In this document: positions 26,268 through 36,055 of the stretch, in pieces | Layout of the letters: each line of letters starts with the position of its first letter | Position numbering within the stretch: the first letter of the stretch is position 1 | Origin: an uncultured virus (IMG/VR IMGVR_UViG_3300027708_000001) | Lineage: Duplodnaviria; Heunggongvirae; Uroviricota; Caudoviricetes | Direction: 5' to 3' (one strand) | Length of the DNA: 64,000 nucleotides | Virus record (IMG/VR): IMGVR_UViG_3300027708_000001 | Notes under the pieces: generated by a model | What the model saw: only the letters and a program-made list of their open reading frames with translations | Told to the model about the DNA's origin: nothing | The model's database searches: none | Made by a program: the position numbers and the translations under genes

Positions 26268-29200
26268 ATTCCGATCTTTCTGTTAGCCCCCGTGCAAACC
26301 TAGCGTTTTGTTTATTAGTTTCAACCCCACCGACCACGCTATGCTCACGTTTCTTCTGAGCTTCAACACCCTTGTGCAGTACACTCATGTTTTGCCTTGG
26401 AAGTCCATTTGCTGCGCGTACGTTCTGCAACTGCAGAAACTCTTGGCGTGCATTAGACATACTATCCATATCGTTTTCTTTTGCAGCCCGCACAAAGTTG
26501 TGAATGATGTTTTTTTCCGTATTGGTAAAGTACTGCTCAGCCTTATACATCTCACCCGCACGATAGGTACGTTCACTGAACTTAGTCGGGGGTAACCCCA
26601 CTGCTTGCATCATGGTCTCAGTGAAAGATATATCTTCAGGAGACATCACCATATCACCATTCTTGTTCGTGATACCATCCGTGCTAAATCGATAAGCTTT
26701 CATTGCGTTAGCTGCACCGGAAGGCATGAACTTCTCAAGACCTTTGTAGTAATCTCCTTGAGCTAACATCCCAACACCATCAGCCATATTAGGTAGCATA
26801 CCGCCCGCGAATGGACCCGCAAGAGCGATTGCAGCTTTCTCATATCCAGACTTAGATGTTAGGTCTGTTTCAGCAAAGGGGGAGATAGATGTTACGTTAC
26901 CCATACCTAGCTTAGATGACGCATCATAGCCTAGCGCTGCGGGCATACCTTTGGTTAGCATTAACTCAAGACCAGTATCTTTAAGCTTGTCACGCATGAA
27001 TGCTTCGAGGTCCATAAGCTTAGTATCGTCATCACCAAACACACTATTGATTATGCTATAGGCAGTAGAAGCAAGCGCCCAGAACGGTAACCCTTTAGCA
27101 CCACCGAGTGCCATACAGTGCCCTATCAAGAACATAGCTTCTTTACGACCTATCGCACGCATCTCAGGGGTCTCGCCCTTAAACGCATTATGTAGTTGCT
27201 TTGCCAACATGGTTAACTGAATGATCTGGAACCTACGGAATTGTGTAACACTCCGTGCCACTGGGCCGCTATTAAATAGCCGGGGTGTATTGAAGCCGTC
27301 ATAGGAACCATGCGTAGTACGTACACCATCGTAGGCATCTTTAGTTGCAAGTGCCTCGTTACCCTTGTTGCGTTCTAGGGATAAGCGATATGTAGCCAGT
27401 GCAGTAGTCGCACGGTTTAGTACTTCGATCTTGTTGATAGCACCGCGCAACGTATCAGTTGTTTTGGTGTAGGTAGCTGATACCCCTTTATCGGTTCTGA
27501 AGTTATGCAGAGTCGATTCGATCCCGATATCTAGAAGCCCTGTCTTAACCATATGGTCAAGCATGGCACGCTCACCTTTAGTAATGCTCTTAGGTAAGTT
27601 ATCTAGATCGATAGTGTCCCCAATCTTAGACTTCTTCAGCAAAGAAGCAATCTCCCCATATGAACGCATGAGTTCGCCGTTGGATTTAAAGTAGCCGAAT
27701 CTAGCCCCCATCCAAGGTAGGGAGAACGCATAGGTCTGCGTTGCTTGCTGCAAGTAGAACGATGGGCTGAAGGTTAGGAACCAATCACCTACCATACGGT
27801 TAGCACTATCTAAGAAACTCGGAGTACGAATCTGCATAGTCTGCGCTTCACGTGCTAATAACTCATTCAAGTATGGGTAAGACTCAGCACGATTACCCGG
27901 TGTGCGAACCCCGTCTCCATTTACATGCCCATCTTTAGCTTCTTCCTGCATACGGCTAATAGACTCAAAAATACCGGAGTTGTGCTTGAGGTTAGCGATA
28001 AACCGTGCGTCAGCCATACCTTGCGTGAAGAACGCACGCATCATATCTTGGTTGTAACCCGCAATCTTCTGACGGGTGAATTCAGATTTACGAGCACTAG
28101 ATTCCGCAAGTGAAGTGAGATACAAGTCCTGCACCAGACTATCCATCTGGTTGAGCATGTTCTTCCTGTTCTCGTCTATGGATTCTTCCGCACGGTTCTC
28201 ACTAAGGAATCGTCTAAACTTAGCAAAGGCGGTATGCAGTTCTGTACCGCCATACAACTTATCCCGCGCTTCAGAACGTTTAAAAGGATCCTCGATCATG
28301 AACTTGCCTAGCTTAGCAAGATCGTCTTTGATCCCCTGAGCCTCACCCATAGTCTGAGCAAATTCAATAACATAGTGGTTACCATCTTTACGCAAACGGC
28401 TCACTTCACTCCAATCGTGATTTTTCTCAGCTTCGTAGTACTCTTTTGATTTACCTACAACAATAAACTCACCAAAACGTTTTAATGGTGCATAGGGGTC
28501 ATTGCTCTTAATATTCAGCAAGCTACTAAACTTTTCTAGCTCAGCCTTCTTGCGCTTAATAATATTCTCGCGGTCATGCTCACTAGCGTTTTTTAGTTCA
28601 TCTGCGTAGAGGTAATCAATATGCTCTTTAACCGCGGACTTTTTTTCTTCTAGGGACTTAACCCCATGATCAAACACAGCCCGAATAACCGCTTGCGCTT
28701 TAGGTGGCATGTTGTCGAACCGGGCCTTAAATTCTGGATCAACTTTAACCCCTTCGATTCCACCCGGATCATAGCCCCACTTACCTTGGAATGTAGACTC
28801 ACCGATAAACTTGTTAACCGATTCTTGCAGACCTTTAGATAGCTGCTCGAACTGTGGCACGATCTTACGAATGTTCTCTTCAAAGGCACGGATGGTCGCG
28901 TGCTTATCTTGATTCAACCGAACATAGTCAGCAACAGAGGGCATGTACTTACGTGCAAGCTCAGCTACATCTTCAGTGAGCATTAACCCAAGTCTAGTAC
29001 TCTTCAAATTAAAGAATGCGCTTTGTACTGCACTAGCGATGCCTCGTACTGACGGGGGTAGCTTAGCGATATTTGACGGTGCGGTAAGCCGGAACTCATC
29101 TACATCTTTGTTTAGCGGCTCTTTACCTTTACCAGATTTAGTTACCATGGAAGATGTTTCAGCTACGTCCCCACCTTCGCTTCTTGCTTTCTCGTGCATA

Positions 29201-31959
29201 TCCCGAAGGATACCTTTGACATCATTATCAGAGTACTTGTTTACAAGCCCCATCTTGCGTAAGTACTTACGCACAATGTTCTTAAGTTGTTCATACGCAC
29301 TCATCTTAGGCGTATTATTTTCAGATGCTTCCGCAAGGGCTTCTTCCGCTCCACGTGCAATACGGTCTGAACCTTTATAGGTATTCGGGTTATCTGCCAA
29401 CCATTTATCCGCAAGGGCTTTGATATTACGGTTGCTGTTGTATATCTCTTCTAGTTTTGAATCGAGATCATTGCGGAATAACTTACGTAGCCCATAATGT
29501 CCTAGAGCCTCATGGAACACTGTATTACGCACACCCTGTAAAGAGTTGTGGTTACCAGTAATAATATATGCGGTCTTACCGTCATTGGTTAAGAAGCCCC
29601 GTGCGTCTTCCGCATCTGACTCTTTGAGCCATCGCTGCATATGTGAGGGAAGTTCATCGATAGAATGTACGGTTTTAATATTTAAGTTAGGGAACTGTTT
29701 ACTTAAGTTATTAACCAGCATAGCTGCTTGGTCTTTATCGACTGTACCTGATCCGGGTTCCGCACCGCTCTTCAATACCCCTTTACGTCCTTCAGCTTTA
29801 TGCGCATCAACAATCTGTTCTGCCATGTCTTTACTAGCATTGCCTTCAACATGTGCTTCATGCCACGCATCTTGTAGATCGGGAGATAAGCGTTTATAGC
29901 TTGGTGCACCTTCCGGCTTGTTCATGTTCCATGCTTGTTCTGCTTCTTCAGCAGTGGTCTTAGGTGCAGCAGGTGCTTCTTCTACAGGCTTACCCTCATT
30001 CATCGCAGCTTGGGCTTCTTCAGCTTTTAACTGCGCAGCGCGTTTTGCGTACTGGGCTTTCTCCCAACTATCTAAAGACGCATCAACCTTTTCTTCTTCG
30101 GTCATCATACGTGTAGACTTAGCAGGGGCTTCTTCAGTGGGGGCTTTCTCAGCGGGAGTAGGCTCAACCATAGGCTCTTTAGCAACTTCAGGAGTGGGCG
30201 CTTTTTCAGGCTGCGTAGAAGATTCTATAGTAGGTTGTTTTAATGGGGCGGGTTCCAGAGTAGGCTGCGTAGGAGGTTCTACTTTTGGTTGTTCTAATGC
30301 AGGAGACTCATCTGCTTTTCTTCTTCCAAGCTCAGCAGTAGGTTCTGCAGATGGCTCCATTCTTCCTGCTTCAGGTGTTCCAATTCTTTCGGCACTTCCG
30401 TGTTGCTCGGGCTTGCTAGAAACTGGAACGCTTTCTCCAGTTGGTGCATTGTCAAGTACATCTCGTACGTGTCCATCTTCGGCTCCTTGCACCGCAGCTT
30501 TCTTTTGGGCAATTAAGTCTTGTAGATTAGTCTTAAGTTCTTCAGGCCAACGTTTTGTAGCTTTTGTATTCGCAAGTTCTGCGTCTACTTTTGAAACATG
30601 ATCTGCATTAGCCATGTCTAAATCCCGTATACGGGAGTGCATAGCGAAGTTAGGTGTTAACCCAATACCTTTTAATTCCTCTCTAGACAAGATAGTACTA
30701 GGCGCAGGGGTCGATGCTTGCACTGATACAGGTTCAGGAGCAGTAGCTTCTGGTAATTTAACTTGTGACTCCGCTACAGGAGGTGGTGGAGGGGGCGGTG
30801 TGACAGGTTCTACAGGGGCGGCTTCAGGTGGTACTGCGGGTGGTGAAGGTGGAATTTGTTTTGTTTCCGCGGCTTTCTGTGCATCTACCGCTGCCTGACG
30901 TTCTCTAACTTTACTGCCCGCTGAGGCCATACCAAGCGGCGCACCAATCAACGCACCCGTAGTAGCCCCTTTAATTGTGGCTTCGAGTATCCCATCAATA
31001 TTATGTTGTGAGAATACTGGATCATCACTACCCGCAATCTTATCCGCAACCTTATTCAGTGCAGCTTGCGCACCGGAGGTTACCCCCATCATCGCAGTAT
31101 CTTTCAGGATCTGCTTACCGACTTCACGCTTCCACGTTGTAGGTACGACTTCAGACTTCTCAAGTAACTTAAGCGATAATAAGTTCTTACCTGCTACCCC
31201 AAGTGACTCACCGATTTCTGCAGGTAGGTATGTGTTCAAGATACCGTTGATCGAACCTACTGTCAGTGCAGCAACAGGGCTGATGTTACCTGTATCTTGG
31301 TAAACCGAATTCAATGTATCAGGCACGCTCATACCCATCGCAGTGCCAAACAGTCCCGCCTTAGAACCAATCTCTGCACCGTGATTTGCAGCATGCTGCA
31401 TCAACCACCCATCTGTGGCACGCTGGGTCATGCGGTCTTTTAGCGCAGTTGTTTCTGCTTCAGTTAGCCCCTTAGCCACTGCGGATTTTGCTACTTGTTC
31501 TTCAATGTGCCCTTCGATAGCTTTCTTCGCGGCGGTACTAGCGATCTTTTTGCCCGCCATACTACCGATACCTGTTCCCATCATGAACGAGGCAATGTCT
31601 GGGCCTGTCTCACCAAGTAGCTCAGCAGCATAATCGATTACGCTACCATTCGGCCCCATAACATCTTTATAGGACTTATATGCGGTAGGGTTAGCTTCTT
31701 CTGCAGCTTTAGTACGTTCTGCGTAACTGTCTAAAAATTCCTTAGCAGTTTTATCTTTGCCTATTAGGGACGCACCTAATGCGGGAAGTAATTCCAACGC
31801 GGTGCCTTTCAGACCTTCAATACTACGGTGGGCACCACCTTTTAGTAAGTTCCATGTGGATAAGTCCCTTGCGTCAAACATGTCCTTTGAGTTAGGCGCA
31901 GTTTTAGCCTCGGGGCCACCGAACAATTCGTTAAGTTGTTCTGGTGTTAATGATGCCAT
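26266..31959 (-). CDS. Large polyvalent virion/ejection protein with zincin metallopeptidase and PLxRFG region
   Basis: 1897 aa; FHEALGHYGLR (HExxxH) plus downstream EEALAE; YAPLKRFG motif; Pro/Glu-rich linker. Confidence 0.7.
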   Translation of the reverse strand: MASLTPEQLNELFGGPEAKTAPNSKDMFDARDLSTWNLLKGGAHRSIEGLKGTALELLPALGASLIGKDKTAKEFLDSYAERTKAAEEANPTAYKSYKDVMGPNGSVIDYAAELLGETGPDIASFMMGTGIGSMAGKKIASTAAKKAIEGHIEEQVAKSAVAKGLTEAETTALKDRMTQRATDGWLMQHAANHGAEIGSKAGLFGTAMGMSVPDTLNSVYQDTGNISPVAALTVGSINGILNTYLPAEIGESLGVAGKNLLSLKLLEKSEVVPTTWKREVGKQILKDTAMMGVTSGAQAALNKVADKIAGSDDPVFSQHNIDGILEATIKGATTGALIGAPLGMASAGSKVRERQAAVDAQKAAETKQIPPSPPAVPPEAAPVEPVTPPPPPPPVAESQVKLPEATAPEPVSVQASTPAPSTILSREELKGIGLTPNFAMHSRIRDLDMANADHVSKVDAELANTKATKRWPEELKTNLQDLIAQKKAAVQGAEDGHVRDVLDNAPTGESVPVSSKPEQHGSAERIGTPEAGRMEPSAEPTAELGRRKADESPALEQPKVEPPTQPTLEPAPLKQPTIESSTQPEKAPTPEVAKEPMVEPTPAEKAPTEEAPAKSTRMMTEEEKVDASLDSWEKAQYAKRAAQLKAEEAQAAMNEGKPVEEAPAAPKTTAEEAEQAWNMNKPEGAPSYKRLSPDLQDAWHEAHVEGNASKDMAEQIVDAHKAEGRKGVLKSGAEPGSGTVDKDQAAMLVNNLSKQFPNLNIKTVHSIDELPSHMQRWLKESDAEDARGFLTNDGKTAYIITGNHNSLQGVRNTVFHEALGHYGLRKLFRNDLDSKLEEIYNSNRNIKALADKWLADNPNTYKGSDRIARGAEEALAEASENNTPKMSAYEQLKNIVRKYLRKMGLVNKYSDNDVKGILRDMHEKARSEGGDVAETSSMVTKSGKGKEPLNKDVDEFRLTAPSNIAKLPPSVRGIASAVQSAFFNLKSTRLGLMLTEDVAELARKYMPSVADYVRLNQDKHATIRAFEENIRKIVPQFEQLSKGLQESVNKFIGESTFQGKWGYDPGGIEGVKVDPEFKARFDNMPPKAQAVIRAVFDHGVKSLEEKKSAVKEHIDYLYADELKNASEHDRENIIKRKKAELEKFSSLLNIKSNDPYAPLKRFGEFIVVGKSKEYYEAEKNHDWSEVSRLRKDGNHYVIEFAQTMGEAQGIKDDLAKLGKFMIEDPFKRSEARDKLYGGTELHTAFAKFRRFLSENRAEESIDENRKNMLNQMDSLVQDLYLTSLAESSARKSEFTRQKIAGYNQDMMRAFFTQGMADARFIANLKHNSGIFESISRMQEEAKDGHVNGDGVRTPGNRAESYPYLNELLAREAQTMQIRTPSFLDSANRMVGDWFLTFSPSFYLQQATQTYAFSLPWMGARFGYFKSNGELMRSYGEIASLLKKSKIGDTIDLDNLPKSITKGERAMLDHMVKTGLLDIGIESTLHNFRTDKGVSATYTKTTDTLRGAINKIEVLNRATTALATYRLSLERNKGNEALATKDAYDGVRTTHGSYDGFNTPRLFNSGPVARSVTQFRRFQIIQLTMLAKQLHNAFKGETPEMRAIGRKEAMFLIGHCMALGGAKGLPFWALASTAYSIINSVFGDDDTKLMDLEAFMRDKLKDTGLELMLTKGMPAALGYDASSKLGMGNVTSISPFAETDLTSKSGYEKAAIALAGPFAGGMLPNMADGVGMLAQGDYYKGLEKFMPSGAANAMKAYRFSTDGITNKNGDMVMSPEDISFTETMMQAVGLPPTKFSERTYRAGEMYKAEQYFTNTEKNIIHNFVRAAKENDMDSMSNARQEFLQLQNVRAANGLPRQNMSVLHKGVEAQKKREHSVVGGVETNKQNARFARGLTERSE

Positions 31960-31971
31960 ATATAGCCTTTA

Positions 31972-33753
31972 TTAGTCTGGGAGTGCGTCTATACCTGCAC
32001 CGCTACCTACGCGGTTATTTTTCATACTATACGGGGCTCCAGCATATCCTGTTAAGGTGTCCTGTATGTATTTTTCTTTCATATCATGAATCGCGCTCAT
32101 CGCGTTATTATATGAGGTGGTACCCGGTTTAGCTTCAAGACCCTTACGTATAAATCCATATTTAGGATCGTCTGCAGGGGGAATCTTCTGCCCGATAGCA
32201 GAATTAAGAATCGCTTTTGGGCCACCTTGCATAGACTCATCTAGGTCTTTTCTAAATTTCTGGACATCGCTAAAACTTACTGAGCCATAAGTAGGGGCAC
32301 CCTTGCTCCCTAAAGCTTCCCCTGCAGCTTTACGATATTCAGAGTATCCCTGATAATACGGAATCTGGCCTTTCTCAATAAGGTCAACTTGAGACATCAA
32401 GTGCTTGATTTGGTAAGGTGTAAGATCATTACGAGCTTTAATTTCAGACCTGAGGTTAGCAGTTTGAGCGAGGATTTGTTGGCGTTCCGGCTCAGTGAGT
32501 TCAGTAATACGCTTAGTCTCTGCACCCAGATGCGCTGCGGATGCTTGTCCTAAGCGTCTTTCAGTGTCTGCTTTGGTAAGTCCTATATCAATCTCCGGCG
32601 CCTTGAGTCCGAGGTTCACTAATTGCTGTACCTGTGCGGCTTTCTCAGCTTGTTGATGTTGTAGTGCGGCAGCGATACCAGAAGCAGTTTCTTCAGCCCC
32701 TGCACCCATATTAGCAGCAAAATTGGGGGATGTACCCCCCATCATCTTAGCCCCGCCCTTCATCAACGCAAGCCACATATTTAGCTCAGCATTTTGTTTT
32801 GATTCGTCAGACTGGCCTTTAATCAGATTCTCTAACGATTCCTTTTTAGCATCCCATTCGCTTTGCTTATACATGTCACCCCATGCTGGAGCAGCGGTAG
32901 CAGCAGAAGCAACTGCGGGAGCAGAGTCAATACCGGGGGTTGCAGTGGGGTCGGCGGGAGCAGCGGGGGCAGCGTTCTTCTCTACGCTCTTTACCGCATC
33001 AGCAACTTTCTTTGGCGCCTTAGCTGCGCCGGGAGCAGCATCAATCCCTTTACCTACAGCAGGGGCAGCAGGGGCAGGGGCAGCAGGGGCAGGGGCAGGG
33101 GCAGCAGGGGCAGGGGCAGGAGTGGGGGCAGGTGTGGGGGATAAACTAGAAGTTAACAACCCCGTTTTAGGGTCGGTGGAGTAAGGTAACGCATAGCTAG
33201 TTCCGGCAGTTTTATTCGCTTGCATCACCTGAGCATTTTGAGCAGCTTTCTTAGCTTGCTCTTGCGCCGCCATTTGCTCTGCGGTATACCCATAAGGACC
33301 CCGTGCGTACATCCAATCATTATTAACCGCACCCCCATCATCAAACGCGATAATCCCGCCATTAGCGTAACTCTGAGGTAGATTACTTTGAGCCGAATCA
33401 ATACCTTGAGGCTGTTGAGGTGCAGCTTGAGGCTGTGGTTGTTGTGGGGGCATCTGCGGAGGTGGCATCTGCATTGGTGCGGACGGTCCGCGTAAATCGG
33501 CTCTAGCTTGTTGCATTACCTGCGCACTAATAGGTGGCTGATTAAGTGCAGCTTGGGCCATTGCGGGGGCATTCTGAACTTGCTGTAAACGTGAGTTAAG
33601 GTCTTGCAGAATCGGCACAGCCTTATACGCTTCGAGCGTATTGTTGTTCATGCTAGTAAGGATATGAGCTTGCATCGCCTTAATTTGTTCTGGCGTGATA
33701 GCTCTAGCAGCAAGAGCAGCGGCAGTGTTGCCTAAAGCATTCTGAATACTCAT
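31972..33753 (-). CDS. Putative internal virion (ejection) protein
   Basis: 593 aa, Ala/Gln/Pro-rich; YANGGIIAFDDGG; amphipathic ALMKGGAKMMGG segment. Confidence 0.6.
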   Translation of the reverse strand: MSIQNALGNTAAALAARAITPEQIKAMQAHILTSMNNNTLEAYKAVPILQDLNSRLQQVQNAPAMAQAALNQPPISAQVMQQARADLRGPSAPMQMPPPQMPPQQPQPQAAPQQPQGIDSAQSNLPQSYANGGIIAFDDGGAVNNDWMYARGPYGYTAEQMAAQEQAKKAAQNAQVMQANKTAGTSYALPYSTDPKTGLLTSSLSPTPAPTPAPAPAAPAPAPAAPAPAAPAVGKGIDAAPGAAKAPKKVADAVKSVEKNAAPAAPADPTATPGIDSAPAVASAATAAPAWGDMYKQSEWDAKKESLENLIKGQSDESKQNAELNMWLALMKGGAKMMGGTSPNFAANMGAGAEETASGIAAALQHQQAEKAAQVQQLVNLGLKAPEIDIGLTKADTERRLGQASAAHLGAETKRITELTEPERQQILAQTANLRSEIKARNDLTPYQIKHLMSQVDLIEKGQIPYYQGYSEYRKAAGEALGSKGAPTYGSVSFSDVQKFRKDLDESMQGGPKAILNSAIGQKIPPADDPKYGFIRKGLEAKPGTTSYNNAMSAIHDMKEKYIQDTLTGYAGAPYSMKNNRVGSGAGIDALPD

Positions 33754-35630
33754 TATTGGCCCTTATTCAAAGCATTATATGCACCGAGTCCTGCAATCCC
33801 CTGAACTCCCAACCCTGCTAACTGTGATGCAGTGCTAGGCGTAGCTTGCGATTGTGTTGTAGTCGTATCGGTCATAGGTATACCCATAGCCAAGTTTTTC
33901 AAGTTCGTCAACTGGGTCATAGGATACTGCAACGCAGTCTGATAGTTCTGCATTGCTTGGTTAATAATATTCTGTTGGTTTGTTTGCTGTTGAGCACCCA
34001 ACGCATTCTGCGTATTAATAATACCTTGGTTTGCCGCAAGCTGTCCGGTGCCAATATTTGCAAGCTGTCCTGCGCCACTAATGCTTTGACCATATCCGGC
34101 TTGTTGTGCACCCACACCTTGAAGACCAAGACCCGCGCCCTGCATACCTTGACCTGTACCTTGTAGAGCCAACCCTGCACCACTTTGAAGCGCGTTTTGT
34201 GCTGCGCCAAGCCCTTGAAGCCCTGTAGCTAAACCCTGTTGCCCCAAAGTTCCATAAGCTTGTGCACCTTGCAATCCAAGACCTGCACCTTGTAGACCCT
34301 GCCCAGTACCTTGCAATGCTAAACCTGCACCACTTTGGAGCGCGTTTTGAGCCGCGCCGAGTCCTTGAAGTCCGCTAGCTACCCCTGCTTGACCTAAGTT
34401 ACCGTAGGCTTGCGCACCTTGTAGCCCCATACCTGCGCCCTGCATACCCGCATTGAGGCCAGCAATACCGAGATTAGCCCCCGTGCCCATACCTTGAACG
34501 CCGAGGTTACCCGCTGAGGTTGCACCTGTGAGACCCATCTGAGCCGCATTCTGCATGTTCTGCATTGCGTTGTTATACGCGGTGTTATACCCCTGCCCAA
34601 TAAGGTTTTGCGCAGCTAAGTTTCCTGCTTGTTGAGTTAGGGCGTTCTGTAGCGCAGAACGTGTACCGCCGAATGCACCTGCTTGTGTCGCAGCAGCTTC
34701 TTGCGCCGCGCTATTAATACCTGTCTGTTGCGCTAACAAGTTTAGCTGTGGCTGCAAAGATGCTTGAATATACGGATTCATATACGCTTGGACAGCGTTA
34801 GAATTTGTTGCTTGATTACCAAAAGCTTGGCCCGCTTGGTTTATGTTCCCCGCGTAATTTTGGGCTGCATTAGCAACGTTCGACCCTGCTCCAAGACCAT
34901 ACCCAGCAGCTTGTGCGCCATATCCAGTACCTAAAGCACCTGCGCCTAACGCAGCTTGCCCTGCTTGACTTCCTATACGAGCGCCCTGCGCACCTAACCC
35001 CATGCCAACTTGCCCTGTACCTGCGAGTTGAGCACCGTATCCTTGCCCAATATCTGCGCCCTGTGCACCGTAATCAGTGCCTAAAGCACCTGCACCTAAT
35101 GCAGCTTGCCCTGCTTGTGCACCTAACTGTGCACCTTGGGCCCCGATATCTAATCCTGTTTGTCCTGTACCTGCGAGTTGAGCACCATATCCTTGCCCAA
35201 TATCCGCACCTTGCGCACCATAACCTGACCCCATAGAGCCATACCCTGCGGCCTGACCTGCGGTATTTAATGAACCTAAAGTACCTAAAGTAGCTGCATT
35301 AGTGGCGGTGTTAAACTGCCCGGGGGTTCGTAAATTTGCTGCAGAATTAAACGATTGTTGCTGTAATGGGCTGAACCCGGCTACAGATGATTGCGCTGCC
35401 ATTGCATCGCTAGGAGTCATACCATACTGCCCACCTGTTTGTGGGTTATATGCGCCAAAAGAACTGTATGGATGGATACCTGTTATTTGCCCAGATGGAT
35501 CGGTGTTAAATACTTGGGACTGCGCGGCACCAAGCATGGACGTAACATATGGCTGTGCCCACGGAGATAGGTTTGTAAACTGATCCGATTGAGATGTATT
35601 CCCGCCGCCGCCGCTTCCACCACCGCCCAT
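33753..35630 (-). CDS. Gly/Ala/Gln-rich internal virion (ejection/tunnel) protein
   Basis: MGGGG start, PWAQPY, YMNPY...GAFGGTR core, C-terminal GLG..GLGAY; 150-bp internal duplications. Confidence 0.65.
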   Translation of the reverse strand: MGGGGSGGGGNTSQSDQFTNLSPWAQPYVTSMLGAAQSQVFNTDPSGQITGIHPYSSFGAYNPQTGGQYGMTPSDAMAAQSSVAGFSPLQQQSFNSAANLRTPGQFNTATNAATLGTLGSLNTAGQAAGYGSMGSGYGAQGADIGQGYGAQLAGTGQTGLDIGAQGAQLGAQAGQAALGAGALGTDYGAQGADIGQGYGAQLAGTGQVGMGLGAQGARIGSQAGQAALGAGALGTGYGAQAAGYGLGAGSNVANAAQNYAGNINQAGQAFGNQATNSNAVQAYMNPYIQASLQPQLNLLAQQTGINSAAQEAAATQAGAFGGTRSALQNALTQQAGNLAAQNLIGQGYNTAYNNAMQNMQNAAQMGLTGATSAGNLGVQGMGTGANLGIAGLNAGMQGAGMGLQGAQAYGNLGQAGVASGLQGLGAAQNALQSGAGLALQGTGQGLQGAGLGLQGAQAYGTLGQQGLATGLQGLGAAQNALQSGAGLALQGTGQGMQGAGLGLQGVGAQQAGYGQSISGAGQLANIGTGQLAANQGIINTQNALGAQQQTNQQNIINQAMQNYQTALQYPMTQLTNLKNLAMGIPMTDTTTTQSQATPSTASQLAGLGVQGIAGLGAYNALNKGQ

Positions 35631-35641
35631 AATAGGTGCTC

Positions 35642-36055
35642 CTAAATTGTACTTTCTACTAATGTAGCAACGTCATTAAAACCATACCGCTTCCATAGTC
35701 GGGCGATAGAGGGACGTGCCATCCCTTGAATTTTTGTAGCACCCCGGCCTTTAAGTAGCATACTCATTTGTGTATACGTATCTTGGCTAGAGATTAATCT
35801 ACCACCAATACAAGTAATAAACGCTACTCTAGAGTTTGGGTAACTAATAAATGATACTGTTGCTACCCCATGTATCTTACCGCTATCGTCAACTGCTACT
35901 AGAAGTAGCCACTGCCCCATGCACACTAACAGCTTAACTTGTTCTAGAGTGTAATCCCCGTTGCCATATGGTAACGCAGAATCAATAAACTTTTCAGCTA
36001 AAGGCCATGCTTGTGCAGTAAATTCAGGCTCTACATATTGAACTTGTAGCTTCAT
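35642..36055 (-). CDS. GNAT-like protein of virion module
   Basis: 137 aa; WLLLV..., FITCIGG, IQGMARPSIARLWKRYGF; typical position among ejection genes. Confidence 0.5.
   Translation of the reverse strand: MKLQVQYVEPEFTAQAWPLAEKFIDSALPYGNGDYTLEQVKLLVCMGQWLLLVAVDDSGKIHGVATVSFISYPNSRVAFITCIGGRLISSQDTYTQMSMLLKGRGATKIQGMARPSIARLWKRYGFNDVATLVESTI

Noticed and set aside
33055..33140. G-rich GGGGCA repeats as a G-quadruplex/regulatory element
   Set aside because: Fully explained by the Pro-Ala linker encoded on the minus strand.
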